Source: Deltaproteobacteria bacterium (GTDB taxonomy: Bacteria; Myxococcota_A; UBA9160; UBA6930). From it: a stretch of 64,000 nt of DNA. The notes below the pieces were generated by a model. That model did no database searches. It was not told where the DNA came from and worked only from the letters and a program-made list of their open reading frames with translations. The stretch is from the NCBI GenBank assembly GCA_028817435.1, contig JAPPPQ010000016.1:15073-79072 (forward strand), in the 5' to 3' direction. Made by a program: the position numbers and the translations under genes. Position 1 is the stretch's first letter. Each line of letters starts with the position of its first letter. This document shows, in pieces, positions 1 through 8,170 of the stretch.

Positions 1-1249
1 GCGCGTTGTGCGCCGTGCCCTGCAACAGCGCGAGATCATTTGCGCTGTCTCGTGCACGCACCTCTACGCCGCCGGGCAAAACGCGTAGCCGGACGCAATC
101 GGCAATAACATGATCGTTTGTGAGGATGTGCCCTTCGTCGCTCACCAGAAAGCCGGAGCCGCTGCTGTCCGGCCGACGGATGGTTTCTTGCTTCGGTGCA
201 GCCATTTTCGGTGTAGCGCCGTGCTGCTGATTTCCATGCGCATCAAAACTCTGTTGCCACTCGTTCGACCGTGCCTGTGCTTGGGCGATCTGGGATGGAT
301 ACATGAACCGTTGCAGGTTGTCGCGAGCCGTAGCTGCCCCTTCTTCCCCTCTCGCTGCTGCGAGGTTGAACCATTTATATGCCTCGATGTAATCTCGAGA
401 GACGCCTTTGCCATCGCGATATAGCGCGCCGATCCAGTGCTGTGCTACTGCGAGGCCCTGTTCTGCTGCTTTGCGATACCAGCGGGCAGCTTCCGCGTCG
501 TCCTTCGGGACTCCTCTGCCGTTTCGATACATAAAGCCAAGGTTGCGTTGCGCCATTGCGTTGCCCTGCTCTGCGGCTTTGTGGAACCAGCGGACGGCTT
601 CAGCATAGTCCTTCGTGACGCCTTCACCGTTGTAATGCATTACGCCGAGCCGGTTTTGCGCCAATACGTCGCCTTGTTCTGCGGATTCTCGAAACCAGCG
701 GACGGTTTCAGCATAGTCCTTCGTGACGCCTTCACCGTTGTAATGCATTACGCCGAGCCTGTTTTGCGCCGCTGAGAGGCCCTGTTCAGCAGCTTTTCGA
801 TACCAGCGGATGGCCTCAGAATCGTTCTCCGGGACGCCATAGCCTTTGTCATACATCCAGCCGAGCCAGTATTGCGCTGCTGCGTTGCCCTGTTCGGCGG
901 CTTTGTGGAACCAGCGGACGGCTTCAGCATAGTCCTTCGTGACGCCTTCACCGTTGTAATGCATTACGCCGAGCCTGTTTTGCGCCGCTGAGAGGCCCTG
1001 TTCAGCAGCTTTTCGATACCAGCGGATGGCCTCAGAATCGTTCTCCGGGACGCCATAGCCTTTGTCATACATCCAGCCGAGCCAGTATTGCGCTGCTGCG
1101 TTGCCCTGTTCGGCGGCTTTCAGAAACCCGCGGTGCGCTGTCTCGTAATCTCCGCGCTCATAAGCTGCGATCCCCTCTTCAAGCCCGGGAGTGCAGGCAG
1201 GGAGTGCGAGGACAAAGACCAGAGCGAGCGCGAGAAGGGCGGCGCGCAA
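1..1249 (-). CDS. Sel1-repeat lipoprotein fused to a C-terminal trypsin-like (S1) serine-protease domain; 3' end runs off the window
   Basis: Absent from the ORF track because no stop lies inside the window. My own translation of the minus strand: TTG at 1249 gives MRAALLALALVFVLALPAC (lipobox LPAC). About eight Sel1 units follow (e.g. AAQYWLGWMYDKGYGVPENDSEAIRWYRKAAEQG). Near position 1 come GSGFLVSDEGHILTNDHVI and NDLALL, the His and Asp contexts of a chymotrypsin-fold triad. Confidence 0.75.
   Translation of the reverse strand, partial: MRAALLALALVFVLALPACTPGLEEGIAAYERGDYETAHRGFLKAAEQGNAAAQYWLGWMYDKGYGVPENDSEAIRWYRKAAEQGLSAAQNRLGVMHYNGEGVTKDYAEAVRWFHKAAEQGNAAAQYWLGWMYDKGYGVPENDSEAIRWYRKAAEQGLSAAQNRLGVMHYNGEGVTKDYAETVRWFRESAEQGDVLAQNRLGVMHYNGEGVTKDYAEAVRWFHKAAEQGNAMAQRNLGFMYRNGRGVPKDDAEAARWYRKAAEQGLAVAQHWIGALYRDGKGVSRDYIEAYKWFNLAAARGEEGAATARDNLQRFMYPSQIAQAQARSNEWQQSFDAHGNQQHGATPKMAAPKQETIRRPDSSGSGFLVSDEGHILTNDHVIADCVRLRVLPGGVEVRARDSANDLALLQGTAHNA
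588..1120. repeat. Tandem array with 108-bp period (one Sel1 unit), including an exact 216-bp direct duplication (709-903 identical to 925-1119)
   Basis: Direct comparison of the sequence lines: 'cagcatagtccttcgtgacgccttcaccgttgtaatgcattacgccgagcc' recurs at 601, 709 and 925. The 195 nt from 709 and from 925 read identically base for base. Confidence 0.85.
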
Positions 1250-1404
1250 AATTTCAGCCCTCCGCCTGCACTTCGCTGGTTTGGGCGTCTTCGAGGGCTT
1301 CAAGGCCGCTCATATCCCTCATCTTACTACCCCCGGCCCGGAGCGGCCAACCGGCTCTGGCTAGCCTTCTGGGATTGGTCCTCCATACGCGGCGTAGCTC
1401 CGCG

Positions 1405-2076
1405 CTACTGATTCTCGTTCGTATCGGAACCCGGCCTCCACCTTCTTGACCGTGCCAGTGCTTGGGCGATCTGGGAGGGAGTCATGTCCCGTTGCAAATC
1501 GTCGAGGAGCGATGCCGCACGCTCTAGCCGTTGCGCTGCTGCGAGGCTGATCCACATATATGCCTTGATGTAATCCTGAGAGACGCCTGTGCCGCTCGCA
1601 TACATCATGCCGAGGTTACCTTGTGCCTCTGCGAGACCTTGTTCAGCGGCTTTGTGATACCAGTAGGCGGCTTTTGCGTCGTCCTTCGGGATTCCTGCGC
1701 CTTTGCGATACATCCCGCCTAGGTTGAATTGCGCCGTTGCATCACCCTGTTCCGCAGCTTCGCGATACCAGCGCACGGCCTCTACATCGTTCTTATGGAC
1801 ACCCCTGCCGTGTTCATACATCATGCCGAGGTTGAATTGCGCCGGTGCATAGCCCTGATAGGCGGCTTGGCGAAACCAGCGCACGGCTTCTGCGTCGTCC
1901 TTATGGACGATTTCGCCATCGGCATATATCACACCGAGGTTGTATTGTGCCTCTACGTTACCCTGCTTGGCGGCTTTGAGAAGCTCGCGGAGCGCTGTCT
2001 CGTAATCTCCGCTCTCGTAGGCTGCCATCCCCCTTTGGAAATCGGCGAGAGCGGAATCTGCGGTCGAGGAAGTCAT
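1405..2076 (-). CDS. Sel1 (SLR/TPR-like) repeat protein, no signal peptide
   Basis: 223-aa ORF with five repeats of the form A.AQ.NLG.MY..G.GV.KD..EAV.WYR.AAEQG. Confidence 0.85.
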   Translation of the reverse strand: MTSSTADSALADFQRGMAAYESGDYETALRELLKAAKQGNVEAQYNLGVIYADGEIVHKDDAEAVRWFRQAAYQGYAPAQFNLGMMYEHGRGVHKNDVEAVRWYREAAEQGDATAQFNLGGMYRKGAGIPKDDAKAAYWYHKAAEQGLAEAQGNLGMMYASGTGVSQDYIKAYMWISLAAAQRLERAASLLDDLQRDMTPSQIAQALARSRRWRPGSDTNENQ

Positions 2077-2082
2077 GACGAT

Positions 2083-3201
2083 TCACGCCCCCACCTGCAC
2101 TTCGCCGGTTTGGGTGTCTTCCAGGGATTCGAGGACGCTCAGGTCGTCGAAGATGCGGATGCCCTCTTCGGCCAGCAGGGCGCGGGTGCGGGGGGTGATG
2201 GCGCCGACGCGCACCAGGGCGGGCATCATCAGGTCTTTGAAGGCGTGCACTGCGCCGGGCTGGCGCTCGAAGTTGATTCCCAGGGCGGCGGCCTCGCGCA
2301 TGCCGGTCTCGAAATCTGCCGGGTCAATGCCGCTGTTTTCGAGCACCAGCGCAAAGGTGGGGTCGGCCTGCTGGCCGCTTTCGGCAGCGCGGCGGCCTGT
2401 TGCGTTGGCCATTTGCAGCAGCGCCTCAAAGGCAAACTGCGCCACATCTTCGCGCTCGTCCTCGTGCATTTCGCTAATGGCGCGGCCCACATACACATTG
2501 CCAAAGGCCACATGGCGCGCCTCGTCGCGCAAAATGCCCTCAATAATCTGCCGCAGCAGCGCGCACTCTGTTGCGCGGCGCATATTGTGAAACGCGCCCA
2601 GCGCCAGGCCCTCCACAATCATGTTCATGCCAATGGCAATCTTCACCCAGTGGCCCGAGCGCAGCGTGTTGTCAATGAGCGTTTTGAGAAAGGGCGACAT
2701 GGGGTAGATGATGGCGAGCTTGCGCAGGTAGCCCGCAAATGCCTCCACATGGCGCGCCTCGTCCATGGTCTGGGTGGCGGCGTAGAGCTTGCCTTCGTGG
2801 TCGGGCACGGCGTGGGTAAGTGCCGCCGAGGTCATCAGCGCGCCCTGCTCGCCGTGCAAAAACTGCGAAATGCGCTGTGCGCCGGCGTGCGCGCGAAAGG
2901 TTTCCTGCTGGCTCTTGGAAAGCCGCTTGACAAAGGGAATGCTCGCCAGGTTGAAGCGCTCGTCCTCAATCAGCGGGCGCGCGGGATCCACCGGCAGCTC
3001 CCAGTTGATGTCCTGGGCGGCGTCCCACTGCTGCCGCTTCGACTTGTGATACAGCTTGGCCAGCTTCTCGACGCCGAGCTCGTAATCGAACTGCCAGGAG
3101 AAGGCGACGCCCGTGTCGTAGGAATCGCCCTCCCAGCCCCTCTCGCCAATTGCGCGGGGTGCGCCGGACGCGGCGCGGGGCGCGCGGGGTTGGTCGCTCA
3201 T
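2083..3201 (-). CDS. Ferritin-like diiron (carboxylate-bridged) oxygenase-family protein
   Basis: 372-aa ORF with two E..H motifs in helical context (MDEARHVEAF and LRDEARHVAFG) plus HGEQGA. This is typical of AurF/R2-like diiron proteins. The substrate is unknown. Confidence 0.6.
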   Translation of the reverse strand: MSDQPRAPRAASGAPRAIGERGWEGDSYDTGVAFSWQFDYELGVEKLAKLYHKSKRQQWDAAQDINWELPVDPARPLIEDERFNLASIPFVKRLSKSQQETFRAHAGAQRISQFLHGEQGALMTSAALTHAVPDHEGKLYAATQTMDEARHVEAFAGYLRKLAIIYPMSPFLKTLIDNTLRSGHWVKIAIGMNMIVEGLALGAFHNMRRATECALLRQIIEGILRDEARHVAFGNVYVGRAISEMHEDEREDVAQFAFEALLQMANATGRRAAESGQQADPTFALVLENSGIDPADFETGMREAAALGINFERQPGAVHAFKDLMMPALVRVGAITPRTRALLAEEGIRIFDDLSVLESLEDTQTGEVQVGA

Positions 3202-3273
3202 GCCCCCATCCTACCACCCCCGCCCCGGCCCGGTCAACCGCCCCCGCCGCCCCCCACGGCCCCCTGCGCGGGG

Positions 3274-4869
3274 CTAGCCCGAGATGGTGGGCCAGTTCTC
3301 GATCATGTGCTCTGCGGTGCGCAGCGCCAGGGCGTGCAGGGTGAAGGTGGGGTTGGCGGCGCCGGCAGTGGGGAAGAGCCCGCCGCCTGCGATAAACAAA
3401 TTCGCCAGGTCGTGGCAGCGCCCGTAAGAGTCGGTCACAGAGGCGGCGGGATCGTCGCCCATCAGCGTGCCGCCCATCATGTGCGCGTTGACGATGGGCG
3501 TGGTCCACACTTCGCGCGCGCCGCCGGCCTCGAAGATGCGGCGGCCTTCCTGGGCCATGCCGCGCCACAGGCGCAGCGTGTTCTCCGAGAAGGTGTGGTG
3601 CAGCCGGGCCAGCGGCACGCCGCGCGCGTCCTTTTCTGCGCTCAGCTCAATGCGGTTCTGCTCCATGGGCAGCTCTTCGGCAAAGCCGGTCATGTTGCCG
3701 AGCTGCCGCACGGCCTGCTCCATAAAGCGGGCGAGGTCGCGCCCGATCAAATCCGCGCGGTTGGTGGCGATTCCCAACAGGTCGTTCGGCTTGATGGCGG
3801 GGGCAATGAGCCACTGCCGGCTGCCGAATGCGCCGGGGGTGGAGGTCTTGCCGTAGCGGTCGTGGCAGATGAGTTGCGAGGAAGAGACGCCCTCGTGCGG
3901 CTGCGTCTCTTGCTGGAACAAGCCGAACACATTGATCAGCGCGTGGGTCATGAAGAACTTGCCGAGCAGCCCGCTGCGGTTGCCAAGGCCCTTTGGAGCG
4001 CGGCCGGAAGCGGAATTGAACAGGATGCGCGGGTTCTGCACCACAGAGGCCGCCAGCACGACGGCGCGGGCGCGCAGTTTGCGCAGCGCGCCTTCTGCGT
4101 CCAGGAACTCCACGCCATGCACGCGCTCGCCCTCGCCGCCGAGCACGCGGACCACCTCGCAATCGGCGCGGAATTCTGCGCCGTGCGCCAAGGCTTCGGG
4201 CTTGTAGGTCACCAACGGGTTGGCGAGGGCGTGGATCGGGCAGCCGGCTTCGCACCAGCCGTCGTAAATGCAGGCCGGGCGGCCTTTGTATGGCGTGGAG
4301 TTGATGGCGGCGGGGGTGGGCGCTGTGCGCATTCCCAGTGCGGCGAAGCCGCGCGCCACGGTTTCGCCCTGCGCCAGCACGCGCAGGGGCGGCATGGGGT
4401 AGGGCGCGCCCTCGGGCCGCCAGATTTCGGCTTCGGCGTCGCCCGAAAGGCCCACTTCCTCTTGCACGCGGTCATACCAGGGCTGCAGGTCGCCGTAGTC
4501 AATCGGCCAGTCGAAGCCCCTGCCGTGCAGCGAGCGGGTTTGGAAGTCTTCCTCGTGAAGCCGCGGCCATGCGCCGAAGTGATGCAGCGCCGCGCCGCCA
4601 AATCCCCATCCGGCGTTGTAGTTGAAAGAGAAGGGGTGATCGCCCGCGGGCAGCACGGGCGCGCCGCCCCACTTGAGCCTGCGCGACCAAATCAGGTTGC
4701 TCGTCAAATCGCCGAGCTGCCAGGCGGGCCCCGCTTCCAGCACCACCACCCGCCGCCCCGCGCGGGCGAGCTTTGCGGCGAGCAGGCAGCCCGCCGCGCC
4801 TGCGCCGACAATGGCGACATCCGCCTCCAGGCCCAGCAGCGCGGCAATTCCCGCGCGCGCGCCGCTCAC
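3274..4869 (-). CDS. GMC-family FAD-dependent oxidoreductase (gluconate 2-dehydrogenase flavoprotein-like)
   Basis: 531 aa. N-terminal Rossmann motif DVAIVGAGAAGCLLAAKLA...VVVLEAG. C-terminal GMC signature region HMMGGTLMG and NLFIAGGGLFPT. Confidence 0.85.
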   Translation of the reverse strand: MSGARAGIAALLGLEADVAIVGAGAAGCLLAAKLARAGRRVVVLEAGPAWQLGDLTSNLIWSRRLKWGGAPVLPAGDHPFSFNYNAGWGFGGAALHHFGAWPRLHEEDFQTRSLHGRGFDWPIDYGDLQPWYDRVQEEVGLSGDAEAEIWRPEGAPYPMPPLRVLAQGETVARGFAALGMRTAPTPAAINSTPYKGRPACIYDGWCEAGCPIHALANPLVTYKPEALAHGAEFRADCEVVRVLGGEGERVHGVEFLDAEGALRKLRARAVVLAASVVQNPRILFNSASGRAPKGLGNRSGLLGKFFMTHALINVFGLFQQETQPHEGVSSSQLICHDRYGKTSTPGAFGSRQWLIAPAIKPNDLLGIATNRADLIGRDLARFMEQAVRQLGNMTGFAEELPMEQNRIELSAEKDARGVPLARLHHTFSENTLRLWRGMAQEGRRIFEAGGAREVWTTPIVNAHMMGGTLMGDDPAASVTDSYGRCHDLANLFIAGGGLFPTAGAANPTFTLHALALRTAEHMIENWPTISG

Positions 4870-5444
4870 CAGGGCGCCTCGGGGTGAATGTGGGGCAGAT
4901 AGGGCACGCCCAGCCGCTCGAAGCCCTCCGCGGTGCCCCAGACCACATCAATGGCGTCGGCGCGCAGCGCGAAGGCGAAGAGCGGCGCGGGCGGCCCCGT
5001 CCAGCCGGGCGGATTGGCCCCGGCAATCTCTCGCGCCAGCGCAAGGCGCTGCGCCTCTGCCAGCGCGGGGAAGCGCCGCCCGTGCCGTGCCTGCGCCAGC
5101 GCGTCCAGGGCGGCCAGGCCGGGCCGGTAGAAATCTGCGTAGGGGGGCGCAATGTCCAGCAGCCGCAGAAAGAGCAGCGAATCCGCCGGGGGAGCGGCGA
5201 GCTGCGAGCCGATGTAGTGGGCCAGACCGGCCTCTGCCGCGCCCGGCGCCAGGGTCTCGCCGTAGGTCTCCAGAATCTCAATCTCGCCGGGCGTAAGGCT
5301 CTCGATGGGCACGCCGCGCGCCCGGGCCTGCCGGGGGCTGAGCAGCCCGTAGGCCCCGAAGTGGAGGGCCAGCGCCCCGCCGGCTGCCCCCTTCACAAAG
5401 CTGCGCCTGCTGAAAATGGCCCCGCTGCCCTGCGTTCCGGACAC
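4866..5444 (-). CDS. Gluconate 2-dehydrogenase subunit-3-family small subunit with twin-arginine signal
   Basis: Only the 3' third of track ORF 4866-6455 is credible. GTG at 5444 gives VSGTQGSGAIFSRRSFVKGAAGGALAL (Tat motif SRRSFVK). An ATGA overlap joins it to the GMC gene at 4866-4869. Confidence 0.65.
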   Translation of the reverse strand: MSGTQGSGAIFSRRSFVKGAAGGALALHFGAYGLLSPRQARARGVPIESLTPGEIEILETYGETLAPGAAEAGLAHYIGSQLAAPPADSLLFLRLLDIAPPYADFYRPGLAALDALAQARHGRRFPALAEAQRLALAREIAGANPPGWTGPPAPLFAFALRADAIDVVWGTAEGFERLGVPYLPHIHPEAPW

Positions 5445-5551
5445 TGCCCCTTCCCCCGAATTTGCGAATCGGGGCCGGATTCGAGGCCGAATCGGCCTTT
5501 TCGCCCCGATTGGGTTTTTTGGACTGAATTGGGCGGCGGGCCATTTTCTGT

Positions 5552-5581
5552 TTGACTTGCGCGCCGCTTCCCGCTTAGGAT
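5552..5581 (+). promoter_or_regulatory. Possible sigma70-type promoter of the TonB-dependent receptor gene
   Basis: TTGACT (5552-5557), an 18-nt spacer, then TAGGAT (5576-5581), about 50 nt upstream of ATG 5631. AGGAGGAGGAG RBS at 5616-5626. Confidence 0.3.
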
Positions 5582-5630
5582 AGCCTGGATTTGGCTTACA
5601 TGTAAATAAAAATTCCAGGAGGAGGAGAAC

Positions 5631-8141
5631 ATGTCCGGCAACCACAGGCACCTCAACGGAATGGCGGGAATCGCGCTGGGCCTGGCCCTTGGGGCGGGCG
5701 GCGTGGCCTGGGCGCAGGAGCAGGCGCAGGAGCAGGCGCAGGAAGCGCGGGCAGAGGCCATCTCCGCCATTGAGGAAATCACCGTCACGGCGCGCAAGCG
5801 CGAGGAGCCGCTGCAGAAGACGCCGGTGGCAATCACCGCCTTCTCCGGGGCCGATCTCGAAGCGCTGCAGGTGGACGATGTCTCCCAGGCGGCGGAGTTC
5901 GCGCCGAACCTGGTCTTCGACAGCGGCGCGCCGGTGAGCGGCTCCAGCGCCACTGCCTCTATCTTCATCCGCGGCATTGGCTCCTCGGAGTTTTCGCTGG
6001 GCACGGAGCAGGGCGTGGGGCTGTATGTGGACGGCGTCTACCTGGCGCGCAGCGTGGGCGGCGTGCTCGATCTGGTGGATGTGGAATCGCTGCAGGTGCT
6101 GCGCGGGCCGCAGGGGACGCTGTTCGGCCGCAACACGGTGGGCGGCGCAATTCTCATCCAGAGCGCGCGCCCGGCGGATGAGCTCGGCGGCAGCATTCGC
6201 TTCACCACCGGCACTGATACCCGCGCCGATTTGAAGGCCAGCGTGGATATTCCCCTTGGCAGCACGCTGCGCTCGCGCTTTTCGTTTTTGCGCACGCTGC
6301 GCGATGGCTATGTGGAGAACCTGGACGGCGGCGAAGATTTGGGCAGCGACAACGCCTTCACCGGCCGCGGCGTGCTGGAGTGGACGCCCTCGGAGCGGAC
6401 GAGCTTTACGCTGGCCGCCGACTACACCCGGGAGCGCGAAAGCGCCGCGCCCCATGTGCTGCTGGCGTTGCCGACTGGCCTGCAGCCGATGCTGGACGAC
6501 GCCGGAGATCCGACGGGATTGTTCACCAACTTCGCCATTGACCCGCGCCCGCAGAGCGAATGGCGCACGCCCACTTCCTATTTCGAAATCTACTCGAACG
6601 GGCGCGCCGGACTAGGTTGCGGCGGTGTGAGCCGCCGCGATGGCGTGCTGGACGGCTGCATTGACCAGGATTACATACTGGGAGCTTATCGGACTTACGG
6701 CGGTTACAGCACACGCAGGCAGGTTTTCGAGGACCAGATTGCGCAGCCCTACGAGAATGCCTCGGACCTCGATGTGCGGGGCGTTTCTCTGACCGCGGAA
6801 TTTGACCTGGGCGGCGCCACGCTCAAGTCCATCACTGCTTTCCGGGATTTGGAGGGCTACTGGCCCCGCAACGCCGACCACAGCGCCGCGCCCGGCCTGG
6901 AGACCAAGAACGAGTTCGAGCAGGAGCAGCTCACGCAGGAGCTGCAGTTGCTGGGCACGGCCTTCGGCGATTCGCTGGACTGGATTCTCGGCCTCTACTA
7001 CCTGGATGAAGAGGGTGAACACCTGGACGATGTGGGTTTCCCGAATTTCATCTTCCGCAGCGGCGGCATCTTCACCATCGAGACCTGGGCCGCCTTCGCA
7101 CAGAGCGGATGGCGCATGGGCGAGCGCTGGGAGTTGACGGTGGGGGCGCGCTACACCAGCGAGGAGAAGACTTACGATCCCGATGACAATCAGTTGATCA
7201 GGGCGAGCTTGAGCGCCGACCTGTTCCCCGATATGGATGACACTACGACCATTGAGCAGCAGCGCGACCGACTTCGCATGGCCATTCTGGCGGGGCAATT
7301 TCCGCCCATCCCCGGCCGCGGCGTGCCGATTGTAGCCAGCACCACGCCGAATCTGGACATTACCGAGACCACGCCCTATGCCAGCCTCTCCTTCGATGTG
7401 GCGGAGAACTTCCTGACCTACATTTCCTACTCGCGGGGCTACAAGAGCGGCGGTTATGAACAGCGCGTTGCGCCCCCCCCCGCACCCGCGCCGCGTTTCC
7501 TGCCGGAATTTGCAGATGTCTATGAGTTCGGCTTCAAGTCCACCATCTTCGGGGGCAGCATGCGCTTCAACGGGGCGGTCTTCTACACCGACTACAAGGA
7601 TATGCAGATCTCGCTCACCGACGGCTCCGCGCCCACCATCAGCAACGCGGGCGATGCGACCATACAGGGCTTTGAGCTGGAGGCCGCCTGGCTGCCCACG
7701 CCCGCCCTGCGGATTGACGCTGCGCTGGGCTACCTGGACGCGGGTTACGATTCCGTCCATCCGCGCGCCGTTGCATCCGGCGTGCGGCTGGACAACGACC
7801 TGCCCAATGTGGCGGATCTGAACTTCTCCCTCTCGGCCGCCTACGAGTTCGGCCTCGTGAACGGCGGGGCGCTCACGCCCCGCGTGGATTTCTCCCACCG
7901 TTCCGAGGTGGCCAACGACGCGGCGAATACGCCGGAGCTCAAGCAGGACGCGGTGAACCTGCTGAATGCCAGCCTGGCCTACACCAGCCCCGGTGAGCGC
8001 TGGTCGCTTGTGGTGGCGGGCCGCAATCTCCTCGACGAGGAATATCTGGTCACCGGCCTCGCCGATCCCATCGTGGGATATGTGGAGGGCATTTATGCGC
8101 GGCCGAGTCAGTGGAGCCTGTCGCTGAAGGTGAGTTTCTGA
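5631..8141 (+). CDS. TonB-dependent receptor
   Basis: 836 aa. Signal peptide, TonB box/plug start IEEITVTARKREEPLQKTPVAITAF, and a beta-barrel ending in terminal ...SLSLKVSF. Confidence 0.9.
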   Translation: MSGNHRHLNGMAGIALGLALGAGGVAWAQEQAQEQAQEARAEAISAIEEITVTARKREEPLQKTPVAITAFSGADLEALQVDDVSQAAEFAPNLVFDSGAPVSGSSATASIFIRGIGSSEFSLGTEQGVGLYVDGVYLARSVGGVLDLVDVESLQVLRGPQGTLFGRNTVGGAILIQSARPADELGGSIRFTTGTDTRADLKASVDIPLGSTLRSRFSFLRTLRDGYVENLDGGEDLGSDNAFTGRGVLEWTPSERTSFTLAADYTRERESAAPHVLLALPTGLQPMLDDAGDPTGLFTNFAIDPRPQSEWRTPTSYFEIYSNGRAGLGCGGVSRRDGVLDGCIDQDYILGAYRTYGGYSTRRQVFEDQIAQPYENASDLDVRGVSLTAEFDLGGATLKSITAFRDLEGYWPRNADHSAAPGLETKNEFEQEQLTQELQLLGTAFGDSLDWILGLYYLDEEGEHLDDVGFPNFIFRSGGIFTIETWAAFAQSGWRMGERWELTVGARYTSEEKTYDPDDNQLIRASLSADLFPDMDDTTTIEQQRDRLRMAILAGQFPPIPGRGVPIVASTTPNLDITETTPYASLSFDVAENFLTYISYSRGYKSGGYEQRVAPPPAPAPRFLPEFADVYEFGFKSTIFGGSMRFNGAVFYTDYKDMQISLTDGSAPTISNAGDATIQGFELEAAWLPTPALRIDAALGYLDAGYDSVHPRAVASGVRLDNDLPNVADLNFSLSAAYEFGLVNGGALTPRVDFSHRSEVANDAANTPELKQDAVNLLNASLAYTSPGERWSLVVAGRNLLDEEYLVTGLADPIVGYVEGIYARPSQWSLSLKVSF

Positions 8142-8170
8142 TTCCCGGGCGTCTGTGCTAGGTTCGCGTC

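Noticed and set aside
588-1120. Regular 108/216-bp repeats considered as a possible CRISPR-like or non-coding satellite array
   Set aside because: The repeats are in frame and encode canonical Sel1 units of a single long ORF. There are no unique spacers and no cas genes in the window.
1729-4887. 1052-aa plus-strand ORF spanning the Sel1, diiron and GMC genes
   Set aside because: This is a shadow ORF typical of high-GC DNA. It is Ala/Gly/Arg/His-rich with no recognisable domain, and it lies antisense to three ORFs with clear family motifs.
5478-5497. Hairpin GGCCG-AAT-CGGCC followed by TTTT in the divergent region upstream of the first receptor
   Set aside because: It looks like a small intrinsic terminator, but no plus-strand gene ends upstream of it. 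The stem is only 5 bp. There is not enough evidence to call it a terminator or riboswitch.
5445-6455. Upstream two-thirds of track ORF 4866-6455 (minus strand)
   Set aside because: Only the 3' 579 nt encode a recognisable Tat-signal small subunit. The remainder is antisense to the well-supported TonB-dependent receptor and crosses the AT-rich promoter region.
7473-7481. C9 run in the first TonB-dependent receptor gene
   Set aside because: It is shorter than the other two tracts, has no adjoining G run, and lies deep in the barrel, where it encodes PPP. It could still slip, but it is not comparable with the other two tracts, so it is recorded but not promoted.
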